Below, in pieces: positions 1-9,443 of a DNA stretch of 21,607 nt. The notes under the pieces are model-generated. The model saw only the letters and a program-made list of their open reading frames with translations. It was not told where the DNA came from and did no database searches. How positions within the stretch are numbered: the first letter of the stretch is position 1; each line of letters starts with the position of its first letter. Location: the IMG/VR virus record IMGVR_UViG_3300029622_000040, positions 1-21,607 of that record. One strand, given 5' to 3'. A program made the translations under genes and the position numbers. Source of the DNA: a virus.

Positions 1-99
1 GGAAAGAGCAAAGTAAACATTGATGATTTGTTTGTGGTTGAATGAAAAAAAGCTTTTTTATTGACACCATGCGTAAAAAAAACAATAATAAGAAATATT
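1..99. repeat. Terminal redundancy: 99 bp identical to 21509-21607 (genome closure overlap)
   Basis: Exact match read directly from both ends of the window. It includes the last 13 nt of the final CDS, its stop codon and the structural promoter. Confidence 0.95.
61..89 (+). promoter_or_regulatory. Sigma70-like promoter for the packaging/structural operon (TTGACA-17-AATAAT)
   Basis: TTGACA at 61-66, 17-bp spacer, AATAAT at 84-89. It is preceded by the palindrome AAAAAAGCTTTTTT at 46-59 (an UP-element-like A/T tract). It lies inside the terminal repeat, so it is duplicated at 21569-21597. Confidence 0.45.
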
Positions 100-137
100 A
101 AAAAGTTTAACAAAAAAAACGCTGTAAGTGTTTGAAA

Positions 138-536
138 ATGCAAAAAAGAACAGAGAAAAATTTAAACAAGGTTCGCGCGCTTATAAAACAAGGGATAACC
201 AACCAGCGCACGATTGCGGCCTTGTTAAAAATTTCCCTGCCGTGTGTCAATAAATTATGCAAACAAATCGCAGATGAACAGAGCCGCTCAAAGCCAAGCC
301 AGAATTTAAAGACAAACCAAGCGAAAAAAGACAAGAAAAGGCAGGAGGTTGCCGGCCGGATGGTTGCGGAGATTATAAACGAGACAGATGAGGATTTGCG
401 CGCAATCGACACCAAGCTGCTCTTTGAGCGTCTATTTAAAGACGCGCTAATCGAACTGGATAGCCGGCTTGGGGAAATGGAGGTTTTTGAATTAAAAGAA
501 ATGGTTCAGGGATTTGCGGAGCTGTTTAAAAGGTAA
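138..536 (+). CDS. Small terminase subunit-like protein with an N-terminal helix-turn-helix
   Basis: It sits immediately upstream of the large terminase. The N-terminal HTH-like stretch is KVRALIKQGITNQRTIAALLKISLPCVNKL. The ORF track starts at TTG 132, but the first ATG is at 138. Confidence 0.5.
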   Translation: MQKRTEKNLNKVRALIKQGITNQRTIAALLKISLPCVNKLCKQIADEQSRSKPSQNLKTNQAKKDKKRQEVAGRMVAEIINETDEDLRAIDTKLLFERLFKDALIELDSRLGEMEVFELKEMVQGFAELFKR

Positions 537-621
537 TTTTGTCGACATTTAACGAAAATTTTGTATAGTATCCCGAGAAAAGTCGAAACAAAAGATTATT
601 AATAATCGGATTTTAGACAAA

Positions 622-1860
622 ATGAATTTTGATTTTAATTTTGATTTAAGTTTTGATTTTGGCGAGAAGTTGCAAAAGGTGCTAAATTTCTATGATTTGT
701 GCAATTTGGCCGGCTATCCGCGGCCATATCCGGCACAAGTCGAAATGAAAGATTATCTAATAAAAACGCCGGGTGTGCATTTACTGCTTGGTTCTCGCGG
801 TTACGGAAAAACCGACTACGCTGTGATTATGGGGTGTGCCGAAGCGATTTTGAATAATCCAAATTTTAAAGTTCTGTTGATTGCAAAGGAACTGTCCCGC
901 GCACAGGCTATCATTAAGGAAGTGCGAGAAGTATTACTGCGCGCTGGAGTAAAATTCAAAAACAAAAGCGAAGTTATTCTACGGACGAAGGGGTGTGTCG
1001 GAAAAGACTCAAATCTTGAGGGGTTGGGCGTAAAATGTACAGGTTTACGCGGCCGTCATCCAGATTTAGTTATAATGGAAGACCCGATTACGCCTAAGGA
1101 TGACAGTGAGGCCGAACGGCTTACGGTCAAAAAAACTTACGAAGAAGTATGCAAATTAACGATGAATGTTGGAATTGTCGGGCAGCCTGTCCACAAACTA
1201 GACCTTTATCAGAGTTTGCGGGAAATCGTAAACACTCGGCTTATGCCGTATGGGACTATTCCAGAATTAGACCCCGACTTAGACGCGCAGCGGCTGGCCG
1301 GTGTTGATGAATTTTCTATACAGGCGTCTTATTTCCTAAACATCATGGACAGCTTAAAAATGCCATTTAGTCTAGTTAAGGAAGTGGATTTTGCTGCAAA
1401 AGAAACAATATGTTGGATTGACCCCTCACATAAGGGACGAGATTTTACGGCGGTTGTGTGCGGTGGGCGCAATTTGAGTGATTTCGTTTTAACAGGATTT
1501 TGTTTCGAAAAAGCATGGTATGATTGTACGGCCGAATTGTTGGAAATTAACAAAATTCTCAATATTTCGCACACTGTCATCGAAACTAACGGCCTTGGCG
1601 AGCTGCCAGTAAATGAATTTCGCAAGCTCGGCATGCCGTGCGTCGGCTTTAACACGACCATGAATAAGCACACTAAGATATTAAACTCTGCGGCATTTTC
1701 TCCTGATTTGAAACTGTCAAGATTGTCCGGGCTTCCGCCCGCATTAATGCAGGCACAGAAAATTTTTGTTGAACAAACAAAAAATTACGAATACAATTCA
1801 AAGCATGATGACGCGCCGGATAGTGTGGCAAGTTTAATTTGTTATGTGAGAGGCCTTTAA
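622..1860 (+). CDS. terL: Terminase large subunit (ATPase + nuclease)
   Basis: Walker A LLLGSRGYGKT. Walker B with catalytic glutamate, DLVIMED. C-terminal RNaseH-like nuclease acidic residues (WIDPSHKGRD and DDAPDSVA). Size is 412 aa. Confidence 0.9.
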   Translation: MNFDFNFDLSFDFGEKLQKVLNFYDLCNLAGYPRPYPAQVEMKDYLIKTPGVHLLLGSRGYGKTDYAVIMGCAEAILNNPNFKVLLIAKELSRAQAIIKEVREVLLRAGVKFKNKSEVILRTKGCVGKDSNLEGLGVKCTGLRGRHPDLVIMEDPITPKDDSEAERLTVKKTYEEVCKLTMNVGIVGQPVHKLDLYQSLREIVNTRLMPYGTIPELDPDLDAQRLAGVDEFSIQASYFLNIMDSLKMPFSLVKEVDFAAKETICWIDPSHKGRDFTAVVCGGRNLSDFVLTGFCFEKAWYDCTAELLEINKILNISHTVIETNGLGELPVNEFRKLGMPCVGFNTTMNKHTKILNSAAFSPDLKLSRLSGLPPALMQAQKIFVEQTKNYEYNSKHDDAPDSVASLICYVRGL

Positions 1861-2849
1861 TGTCTGGAGTTTTTAGTTTCTGGGGAAATCGTAAGCAGAC
1901 GATGAATGACGTTATTCGGTTGCCGGAAGTTTTCCCGTTTGGCTTATGTCGTAGAGATTTCATAATTTTTAAGCTAATCAGTATTTATGAAAATCTACTT
2001 ACGCAGTGTTACAACCGCAGCCGCGGCTTTCCTGAGGATATGGCGAAGACGCTTTGGAATAATTACGAAGCCTTAGACCCGCTAAACACGCGCGGAGTTA
2101 TCCGTCTTTTGTCTGTTGCTATGGCGGAACGCCGGACGATGGCGATTTCGTATGACCGCACGACTAACGTCGCAAAAGAGGCGCTGGGCGAGGCTTTCAA
2201 TGAGATTTATGAAGATTACAAAGAGAAAACCAAATCGGATAAAGGAATTTATGTCAACTTCGAACTTTATTACAAATCAAAGATAATTGCTGAATATCTG
2301 AATTTGCTTTACTCGGCTTTACTTTCAGCGTATGCGCAGCTCGGATTATCCCGAGCCATCCAATTTAAGGCCGACAAACTCCGCGAAACACAAGCGAATA
2401 ATTCCAACACTGAATGGAGAGACCAAGCCAAGGAAGTTGTTGACAGCGTTCTCGCTGGCCGTGCTGTTCTGATTTCGAAAGACGATGATTTAAAACTTCC
2501 CGAAGTTGACGCCGACCCAATCAAAAACGCGATTGAATTTTACGGTCAGCTTATTGCTGGCGAGCTTGGCGTATCTACCAGCTTTATTACCGGAATTATT
2601 CGAAACGGCATGAACTCGACGGGCGAAGCCGAATTAGTGGCCGACGAAAACGGTATCAAAGTATTTTTCTATTCGATTTTTAAGCCGTGCTGTGATGGGC
2701 TTTATAAAATCAACCTTGAATTTGTAACCGAAAACTACCGGAAAACGGCGGAGTTGGCTAAAGTAATTCCGTATTTGGAAAGCTCGGAAGCTGTCTCAAA
2801 CGAGCAGCTGGAAAGATTTGTTAATTATGTACTAGGCGAAAATGATTGA
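1860..2849 (+). CDS. Putative portal protein (small, about 329 aa)
   Basis: Position directly after terL; its ATG overlaps the terL stop (TAATG). It precedes the MuF-like and scaffold genes. No motif was recognised. Confidence 0.35.
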   Translation: MSGVFSFWGNRKQTMNDVIRLPEVFPFGLCRRDFIIFKLISIYENLLTQCYNRSRGFPEDMAKTLWNNYEALDPLNTRGVIRLLSVAMAERRTMAISYDRTTNVAKEALGEAFNEIYEDYKEKTKSDKGIYVNFELYYKSKIIAEYLNLLYSALLSAYAQLGLSRAIQFKADKLRETQANNSNTEWRDQAKEVVDSVLAGRAVLISKDDDLKLPEVDADPIKNAIEFYGQLIAGELGVSTSFITGIIRNGMNSTGEAELVADENGIKVFFYSIFKPCCDGLYKINLEFVTENYRKTAELAKVIPYLESSEAVSNEQLERFVNYVLGEND

Positions 2850-3459
2850 AAATCTGTGGTTACCGGCAGCATATCTGAAAAGGGTTTTGCCCGCAGGATT
2901 TTTTAAAGAAAGGCTGTTGGGAAAAAAATTCTCAATTAAGCGGACTTTTCTGCGTGCGCTGGTAACTGCTGCCGAACTTGATGAACAGGAGCTAAAAGAT
3001 AGCTACGCCAGAACAATTAAGTTTTATCGCGAAAAAGAAAAAAAACTTGAGGATGAAGAGGTCAAAAACCCCGAAAAGAAAGCCGTCAATAATGAAAAAC
3101 TTTTAAAATCGCGTGTCGAAAATCTTGTTGTTTATTCCGAAAGCCAGCGATTAAAGGATGAACACAAAGGCGAGTATTATATATGGTTGCCGTCTTCTTC
3201 AAAAGAGCCGCGGCCGCAGCACCAGCTTTTATATGGCGAAATTCGAAAAGTTGGAGATGGCGAGTTTCCAAATGAAGATTATGGCTGTAAATGTGGCACT
3301 TATTTCCTTGGCGCAAATCCGCTTGAAAATGACTTTTTAACAGACGAACAAAAAAATAAGCTTGAAAAATTGATAAAAAAAGATAAGACTAAAGAAGTAA
3401 ATAGTAGTTTAACCAAAATTTTAAAAGAGAAGAAGCATGGAAGACGAAAAGGAAGATAA
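2842..3459 (+). CDS. Head morphogenesis protein, divergent Phage_Mu_F / SPP1 gp7-like
   Basis: ATGA overlap with the upstream gene. The stretch YIWLPSSSKEPRPQHQLLYGEI resembles the W..D.RVR..H..L.G core of the Mu F family. The C-terminus is lysine-rich. Confidence 0.35.
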   Translation: MIENLWLPAAYLKRVLPAGFFKERLLGKKFSIKRTFLRALVTAAELDEQELKDSYARTIKFYREKEKKLEDEEVKNPEKKAVNNEKLLKSRVENLVVYSESQRLKDEHKGEYYIWLPSSSKEPRPQHQLLYGEIRKVGDGEFPNEDYGCKCGTYFLGANPLENDFLTDEQKNKLEKLIKKDKTKEVNSSLTKILKEKKHGRRKGR

Positions 3460-4027
3460 GCAGGAAACGCCGGCAACGGTGACGCTGACAAAAGAACAGT
3501 TTGAGGCTCTTGTTGGTAAAAAAGAAGAAAAAAAGGAAAGCATAGCGGACGAAGCCATCAAGCGTCTTGAAAATGAAAAAAAAGAAAAAGAGGAAACTGC
3601 GGAAATCGAAGACGCTATTAAATTCAATCTTTCGATTTCCGAATTTGTTTCCAAAAACAAAAACATTCTGCCGGATGAGACCGAAAATATTATCAAGACG
3701 GCCGAAGAAAGAAACTTTAAAAATTCCAGTGAAAAGGCTAATGCCATTAGAAAAGGTATTATTGAGGCTTTTGTTAAATATAAGGAAAATGTTGAAAAAC
3801 TCCCGCAGAGCATTCAGGCGGAAGTTGCGCGCTTCAACAGTTTTACTGAACGTGAAAAAGAAGCGCAATCGAAAAGATTTTGGAGTATTGTTGAGGTTGG
3901 CGCCGAATATAAAATTTTATCGCGCAAAGCTGAGCAGCTTCAAAATAACGGCGGACATGGCGCGGCCGAGAATAGCGCCTTTGAACAAAGGTTCCTTGAA
4001 CAGGGGAAAATTTTCAGAAAAGGTTAA
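3437..4027 (+). CDS. Scaffolding protein (E/K-rich coiled coil)
   Basis: Highly charged, helical, low-complexity sequence (EEKKE repeats). It lies between the portal/MuF genes and the capsid gene. Confidence 0.5.
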   Translation: MEDEKEDKQETPATVTLTKEQFEALVGKKEEKKESIADEAIKRLENEKKEKEETAEIEDAIKFNLSISEFVSKNKNILPDETENIIKTAEERNFKNSSEKANAIRKGIIEAFVKYKENVEKLPQSIQAEVARFNSFTEREKEAQSKRFWSIVEVGAEYKILSRKAEQLQNNGGHGAAENSAFEQRFLEQGKIFRKG

Positions 4028-4030
4028 AAA

Positions 4031-4477
4031 ATGACGAAAATTCTTGCTACGCCCTATGAGAGGGGAAACGCCGACCAGATTGTCTCAAGAAAATACGCCG
4101 AAAAAGTCCTTGAGGGCTTGGCTGTTTACGAGACAAACGACGGCATGAAACTCTTGACTAGTGGACATAACCCCACCGGCATTGCTGGCCGGCAGGGTTT
4201 GGCAGCTGGCGATGTCGTGGCTAGTGGACGTAAAATTTACGTTCAGTGTCCGGAAGACGCAGCGCCGACCGCTTTTGCTCCGGTATATGTCGACCCCAAC
4301 ACAGGGTTGTTTACCGAAAAAAACACGCAGAACTTCTTAAAAATTAACGCTACATTTGCAAAAGATGTGGCTGTTGTTAAATGTATGGCTTCCGATGGAA
4401 CTCTTTACAACGCAGTTTGTATTGATATGCCTGCCCCGATGGGCGTTTTGGAAGTTGTAGCGGCTCCGGGAGAATAA
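4031..4477 (+). CDS. Head protein, possibly a decoration or minor capsid protein
   Basis: Shine-Dalgarno AAAAGG upstream. It is located between the scaffold and major capsid candidates. No motif was recognised. Confidence 0.3.
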   Translation: MTKILATPYERGNADQIVSRKYAEKVLEGLAVYETNDGMKLLTSGHNPTGIAGRQGLAAGDVVASGRKIYVQCPEDAAPTAFAPVYVDPNTGLFTEKNTQNFLKINATFAKDVAVVKCMASDGTLYNAVCIDMPAPMGVLEVVAAPGE

Positions 4478-4480
4478 TCA

Positions 4481-5374
4481 ATGGCTACTGATGTAATTAC
4501 GTCGCTTAAAACGACCGAGGAATATTTGAGAGCTGTGCAGCTTTCCTATTCTCCAATTTCTCTGGCGATTGCCCGCCAGGTTAAGCACGATATGACGAAT
4601 GACGTTAAAGTCATCTTTAAACGTCTTGACGTCGAACGTGACAACATCGTCGCGCAAAATTTGACGATGGGACAGACAGAAGTTTCCGCAATTAAAGCCA
4701 ACGAAACGCAGAAAGTTTTTAACAAGTATGTAAAAGGCGCGAAAATTACGCAGTCTGTTTATAACTTTAATTTCAACCGCATACCCGAACTGGTGTCCAA
4801 AATTATTCGTGGTTACTCCATGATTTTTGACACCATTACCCTTTATGGAGACGGGCTGAACAACGGTATCCTGACGACTGATGACGTCAATAACGTTGTC
4901 AATGACAGTGTTGAGCTTGACGCTACGGCCGACATCATGGCACTGGCTAATCAGGTGGTTGATGTAATTTCTGGCCTGAAGCAGCAGGTTCGCGAATACA
5001 CGGCTTCGACAAACGTACTTGTTTACGTCTACGGCGGTCAGCTGGTTCGTCTGCTTGACAAAATTACTTATAACGGCGCGACCATCCGCGAAATCATTGA
5101 AAAGGAATGGCCGGAAGCTACGTTTGTAGTAATTCCCGAAATCGTTTTGACCGGAAACTCAATGGGCTTTAAGGTCTTTTCACAGGATTTGGTAACCCTG
5201 AACTATACCCGCCTGCCGATTATGTCGGAGAACGGTTATAATCCGGAAGACAAGTATTTCTGGGGTAACTTTGAACTCGGCTCTACCATGGTGGATATTG
5301 AGGAAAAAGGCGCAGGCATTGAACAGCCGATTACTATCAAATCCGCTGCCGGTACCCGCTCGAAATCGAAGTAG
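4481..5374 (+). CDS. Major capsid protein candidate
   Basis: Strong ribosome binding site (GGGAGAATAATCAATG). Size 297 aa. Sits at the canonical position after the scaffold in the head module. Confidence 0.45.
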   Translation: MATDVITSLKTTEEYLRAVQLSYSPISLAIARQVKHDMTNDVKVIFKRLDVERDNIVAQNLTMGQTEVSAIKANETQKVFNKYVKGAKITQSVYNFNFNRIPELVSKIIRGYSMIFDTITLYGDGLNNGILTTDDVNNVVNDSVELDATADIMALANQVVDVISGLKQQVREYTASTNVLVYVYGGQLVRLLDKITYNGATIREIIEKEWPEATFVVIPEIVLTGNSMGFKVFSQDLVTLNYTRLPIMSENGYNPEDKYFWGNFELGSTMVDIEEKGAGIEQPITIKSAAGTRSKSK

Positions 5375-5384
5375 GAGTTTTAAG

Positions 5385-5654
5385 ATGACGGAAAGCGAGC
5401 TTATTGATTGGGCAAATTCAATTTTAGCAGAATTAAATCTTTCTTTGCTCACGCCGACCGAAGAGCGTATTTTGTGGTGTAAGCCGCATGACACCGAGGT
5501 TGACGCATATAACTCGCTTTCTGAAATCTTGAATAAACGGGGCGCTGCGGGAAATGATGTTGAACGCCTGAATTATTATGCGAAATTTCACGGGGTAGAT
5601 GTGGATTTAAAGAAAAAAATTCCCAACAACGTTTTTCTGGGGTGTGGGTTATGA
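5385..5654 (+). CDS. Head-tail connector or head completion protein (hypothetical)
   Basis: AGGAG ribosome binding site 8 nt upstream of the ATG at 5385. The ORF track's 5' extension from 5271 has no ribosome binding site. Confidence 0.35.
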   Translation: MTESELIDWANSILAELNLSLLTPTEERILWCKPHDTEVDAYNSLSEILNKRGAAGNDVERLNYYAKFHGVDVDLKKKIPNNVFLGCGL

Positions 5655-6175
5655 GAGCCGGCCGGAAAATAATTGAGGGTAAAGGATTAGACAAGTTTAT
5701 TAGCGGCGAAATCAGCAAGTTTAAATTCGATGTTGGTATTTTGCAGAATAAGCCGCATTTTGAGGTTCTCAAGAGAAAAATCGGTACAAAAAACGGAAAG
5801 CCAGTTTATGCAAAGTCGTGGTACCAATACGCCGGCCTAAATCTTTTGAGACATGGCAGCAAGCCAGATGGGACTTTAAATAAGGTGGCTGCGGAGATGG
5901 ACGAGTTGTTTAAATGGTTACGCCGTCCTTTTCTTTTAAAGAGAAACAAAGATTTAATTTGGGTAATTAACTTCATGGTTGACATCATGAACGGAAAAGA
6001 CAACCGGCGTCGTATCGAAAACGCCATGCAAGCCGTGGTAAGAAACCCAATTCTTCGCGGAGATTATGGCCGCAACTCGCAGAAGACGGCCAAAGAAAAG
6101 GGATTTAACAAACTTCTTATGCGAACTGGACAGTTGTTTAAAAATGTAAAAGCGAGGTTAACCGGCCGTGTATAA
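5651..6175 (+). CDS. Head-tail joining or neck protein (hypothetical)
   Basis: ATGA overlap with the previous gene (ATG 5651, stop 5652-5654). The track's start at GTG 5642 is less likely. Confidence 0.35.
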   Translation: MRAGRKIIEGKGLDKFISGEISKFKFDVGILQNKPHFEVLKRKIGTKNGKPVYAKSWYQYAGLNLLRHGSKPDGTLNKVAAEMDELFKWLRRPFLLKRNKDLIWVINFMVDIMNGKDNRRRIENAMQAVVRNPILRGDYGRNSQKTAKEKGFNKLLMRTGQLFKNVKARLTGRV

Positions 6176-6605
6176 AAAACAGTTAGAAGCTGATTTACGC
6201 AAAATTTATGGCGTTAAAAAAGTTCTTTTTGCCAGCGTTGAAAGCGGCTGGGAGCAAGGGGCTTTGTATGTTGACGTTTCTAACGTTTGGCAAAATATCC
6301 GTCACGGCCAACAGCATTTCAGAGTTCGCGGCACCCTCGGAATGTGGGGAGTAAGCCCCGCCTACAAAACGGGATTTCTAAAAGACAAATTATGGGAAGC
6401 TTCGCGGACATCCACACTAAAAGAAATTGCAGACCGCATTTTGCTGTTTGACAAAGAGGAAAATGTAAAATATCCTGACATGGAAAGTTATTTTAATCAA
6501 ACAGAGATAGGTTTTATTTATCGGGTAAATATGGATTATGACCCGTCTAAGAAAACAAAGGGATTTTCGATTAAAACTTTTTTTACAAAATTATTGAAAG
6601 GCTAA
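6168..6605 (+). CDS. Tail completion or neck protein (hypothetical)
   Basis: GTG start overlapping the upstream gene. Co-linear with the structural module. Confidence 0.3.
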   Translation: MYKKQLEADLRKIYGVKKVLFASVESGWEQGALYVDVSNVWQNIRHGQQHFRVRGTLGMWGVSPAYKTGFLKDKLWEASRTSTLKEIADRILLFDKEENVKYPDMESYFNQTEIGFIYRVNMDYDPSKKTKGFSIKTFFTKLLKG

Positions 6606-6608
6606 CCA

Positions 6609-7568
6609 ATGGATGACGTTTTGTTAAATTATGTAATGAGAGTAACGAAAGTTGCTCCAATACCGGAGCCGAGCACAGAATATCTGCATAATGTGCTTGT
6701 TGTGGTACCGCAGAAATCGGCGGAAATTCCAAAAACTGTCGTAAAGATTAACACGGAGAGTGATTTGGCCGCAATTACTGATGTTACTGCGCCGATGATG
6801 TTAAAAACTGGCGGTTTGACGTCATTCTACGCGCTGCCTATGGCTGACTTAAACTTGTCGGCCGCAGACATTACCGGGCTTGAAGATTTGGAAGTTTTCA
6901 CAATTTTAATTGACCCGAATTTTGAAGACGCTGCGCTTGAGAATTTGAAACTGCCCAAGGGTTATCGCGGCGTTGTCGGTGGCGCTTCGAATAACGACGC
7001 GTTAGTTGAAGCGCAGAACAAAATAGAAAATCATTCGTTTTTCTATCAGAAAGCCGCCGGCCAAGGCGAAAACATGTATCAAGCATTCGGTTCACTCCTC
7101 AATAGCGCCAATACCATTTGGAGCAGCCAGCAGTATATCAGTATGGAAAATTCTGATGATATTACTTCCTACGAAACTGCCGACGCTCTTTTCACGTTGC
7201 GCGCAAACTTTGTTCTTACTTCAAAAGAATTTGGCAATAGACTGGCGTTCTTCTGTGTCGGCGGTCAGAACAATAAAGCCGTTGCTATCCATGCGCCCTA
7301 CGTATCAGAAGAAATTGTCGTAAAATTGCAGGGTGCGGCGCTTACCTGGCTTAACCTGAATAAACCAGACTACACCACCGCCGAAGCGACACTATTGCAG
7401 GATTATTTACAGGGTATTGCCGATGAGTATACCGAAACTGGACAGATTGGCGAAATCACTGTTACAGTATCGGTTGGCAGCAGCGATTTTGTAATGAACG
7501 CTGATATTACCGCGCCGTTGCCAAAAGCAACTTGGCGCCTGAACGCGGTTTTGACACAGGGAGCTTAA
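6609..7568 (+). CDS. Major tail protein, possibly a small tail sheath
   Basis: A 319-aa protein immediately upstream of the tube-sized and chaperone-sized genes and the tape-measure candidate. A P2-like baseplate downstream suggests a contractile tail. Confidence 0.35.
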   Translation: MDDVLLNYVMRVTKVAPIPEPSTEYLHNVLVVVPQKSAEIPKTVVKINTESDLAAITDVTAPMMLKTGGLTSFYALPMADLNLSAADITGLEDLEVFTILIDPNFEDAALENLKLPKGYRGVVGGASNNDALVEAQNKIENHSFFYQKAAGQGENMYQAFGSLLNSANTIWSSQQYISMENSDDITSYETADALFTLRANFVLTSKEFGNRLAFFCVGGQNNKAVAIHAPYVSEEIVVKLQGAALTWLNLNKPDYTTAEATLLQDYLQGIADEYTETGQIGEITVTVSVGSSDFVMNADITAPLPKATWRLNAVLTQGA

Positions 7569-7571
7569 AAA

Positions 7572-7985
7572 ATGATACAGTTATGGCATTCTGAAAATGG
7601 CGTTATTATCAACAATGTCAAATATGATTTTGAAGATGTTGACAGTGTAACCGTAACCAAAAACGGCCGGAAACACAAAACCAGAGGCGCCAACTCCAAA
7701 AACAAAGTCGGCTTTGTTTATATGGAAAACTCCAAACAGGCCGACGAAATCGCTATTAACACGGTAGGGTTAAGCGGCGCAATGCTTACCATTCTTCAAA
7801 ACGCATACGAAGACGAAGTGCCGATGACCGTCTATTGTATCGATAGCGCGACCGGCGAGAGCTACATCGGAAACGACTGTATTTTGCAGGAGTTCCCGCG
7901 CCAGCAGGACATTGTTGAGGGAGAAGAAACCTACAACGTGACCTTGACGTTCGAAACGTTTAATCTTAAACTGAATTTGAAATAA
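7572..7985 (+). CDS. Tail tube or tail-chaperone-sized protein (137 aa)
   Basis: Ribosome binding site GGGAG. Position between the sheath/major tail gene and the chaperone and tape-measure genes. Confidence 0.35.
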   Translation: MIQLWHSENGVIINNVKYDFEDVDSVTVTKNGRKHKTRGANSKNKVGFVYMENSKQADEIAINTVGLSGAMLTILQNAYEDEVPMTVYCIDSATGESYIGNDCILQEFPRQQDIVEGEETYNVTLTFETFNLKLNLK

Positions 7986-8341
7986 TGGTTGATGTGTCGG
8001 AAATAAAAGGTGTAAAGGGTTTGTACGCATTTAAAGCGTTACAGACCCTCTTGTTCTCGTACTTTATGCTGCCTGAATTTCGGCAGCCAAAGGAAACTTA
8101 CACGGAATTTCTGAAAAGATTTTCTGCGATGGGAGAAAAAGAACAGCGCGAAACGTTAAAAACGGCTCTCTATTTTGCGGGGATTGACGAAAACGAAATA
8201 CTGGCCTTGTGCTTGTTCGCAAAAGACCCAAACGGTGTCCCCTACGGAAAATCAAATCTTGCAAATCTTGAAATTGAAGAGCTTTTTGCAATTATTATTG
8301 ATGTGTGCATGGCTATCGTTAAAATCAAAGTTTTTTTTTAA
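7985..8341 (+). CDS. Tail assembly chaperone candidate (second ORF of a G/GT-like pair)
   Basis: It starts on the last base of the previous stop codon. It lies in the -1 frame relative to 7572-7985. It ends in a T9 run. Confidence 0.3.
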   Translation: MVDVSEIKGVKGLYAFKALQTLLFSYFMLPEFRQPKETYTEFLKRFSAMGEKEQRETLKTALYFAGIDENEILALCLFAKDPNGVPYGKSNLANLEIEELFAIIIDVCMAIVKIKVFF

Positions 8342-8471
8342 CAGACGCACAGCTGAAAAAAATAAAAAACTACTCTATTGACTTACCTGCGGCTTTCAGT
8401 GATATAATAAAATCAAGAAGCGATTTTACGTTAGAGGAAGTTTTAAACAAAGCGTTTTTGGACGGGGCAAC

Positions 8472-9443
8472 ATGGCAGGCGAATATCTCATAAAAGTCAA
8501 AGCGACGCTAGACCAGCAAGACGCAAAGCAAATGGAAGCTGAATTAAACGGCCGCTTTACTCGTGTTGCAAACAAATTCGGCAGCGCCTTAAAAAAAGGC
8601 CTAAAAAGGCTGTCGATTTCTGGACTTGTCGCCGGCGCCGTTTATTCGGTACTAAACGACATCGACAAAATGAACACTGCCATTGATGAAACTCTGGAAA
8701 AATACAAAGACATTCAATCGCAGGCGGCCGCGCAAAATCTACTTCCCTCGGAATATTGGCGGCTATCCAGATTGTCACAAATTGCTGGCGTAAAAGATTT
8801 CGACAGTCTTTTCTCTGCATTCAGGAAAACTTTGAATAAGACCAATCGGGGATTTAACACATCCCTAAACCAGTTCCGTGGGCAGGCCGCAGACGCACAG
8901 ACGTTTCTGCAAGTGCTTTCTTCTCTTCAAGCTGCCGACCCACGGACGCGACAACTCGTAGCTGAATCCGTATTCGGGCAGGCCGGCGCGCAAGACGTCA
9001 ATAAACTTCTTGCTGTTGACTTGACCGATTTAGGCCAAAAGGCTTTTGCCGGAATTGACAATAATAAATTTAATGAGGCTATCACACGAGGAATTGCGGC
9101 CAGCCGCGAGCAGATGATTGAAGAGGTAAAAAGGGAATATACAAACCTGCAAACACGCGGCCAGATTTTGCGTGGCGGAGCTGTCGCGGAACAAGCGCGG
9201 TATAGAATGGCTGAAGACGCTTACACGAATGAGCTTTTGCAAAATTACAAAACAACCGCCGAGGTCAACAAAGCTATGCTAACTGTTCAGCAGAATGTCG
9301 CAAACGGCGTGAATAAGTCTGTGAGCTGGCTGCAAAAGATATTCGGCCAGCTGCAATCGCAGGCGGCTGCTGATAGGCAGCTTCGGGCAGGCAAGATAAC
9401 GGAAGAAGAATATAATAGGATAACCCGGAGTATTTACGAATGA
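8472..9443 (+). CDS. Possible tape measure protein (short, 323 aa, alpha-helical with glutamine/alanine-rich repeats)
   Basis: Coiled-coil-like composition, repeated QAAA/QSQAAA motifs, and position after the chaperone pair. No tape-measure motif was recognised, so this is a positional call only. Confidence 0.15.
   Translation: MAGEYLIKVKATLDQQDAKQMEAELNGRFTRVANKFGSALKKGLKRLSISGLVAGAVYSVLNDIDKMNTAIDETLEKYKDIQSQAAAQNLLPSEYWRLSRLSQIAGVKDFDSLFSAFRKTLNKTNRGFNTSLNQFRGQAADAQTFLQVLSSLQAADPRTRQLVAESVFGQAGAQDVNKLLAVDLTDLGQKAFAGIDNNKFNEAITRGIAASREQMIEEVKREYTNLQTRGQILRGGAVAEQARYRMAEDAYTNELLQNYKTTAEVNKAMLTVQQNVANGVNKSVSWLQKIFGQLQSQAAADRQLRAGKITEEEYNRITRSIYE

Noticed and set aside
1329-1963. Minus-strand ORFs 1329-1673, 1489-1671 and 1673-1963 inside terL
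   Set aside because: They lie entirely within the well-supported terminase coding region. They have no ribosome binding sites, and their composition reflects the opposite strand of a coding sequence.
3300-3868. Minus-strand ORFs of 63-159 aa (3300-3491, 3389-3868, 3421-3813) and the alternate + frame 3567-4034
   Set aside because: They are shadow ORFs across the low-complexity E/K-rich scaffold and MuF C-terminal coding region. Their translations are F/L/K-rich nonsense with no ribosome binding sites. The scaffold frame 3437-4027 has a ribosome binding site and a coherent product.
5271-5384. Long 5' extensions of the ORFs at 5271 and 5642, and the TTG start at 132
   Set aside because: The internal ATGs at 5385, 5651 and 138 have ribosome binding sites or ATGA coupling, and they avoid long overlaps with the upstream genes.
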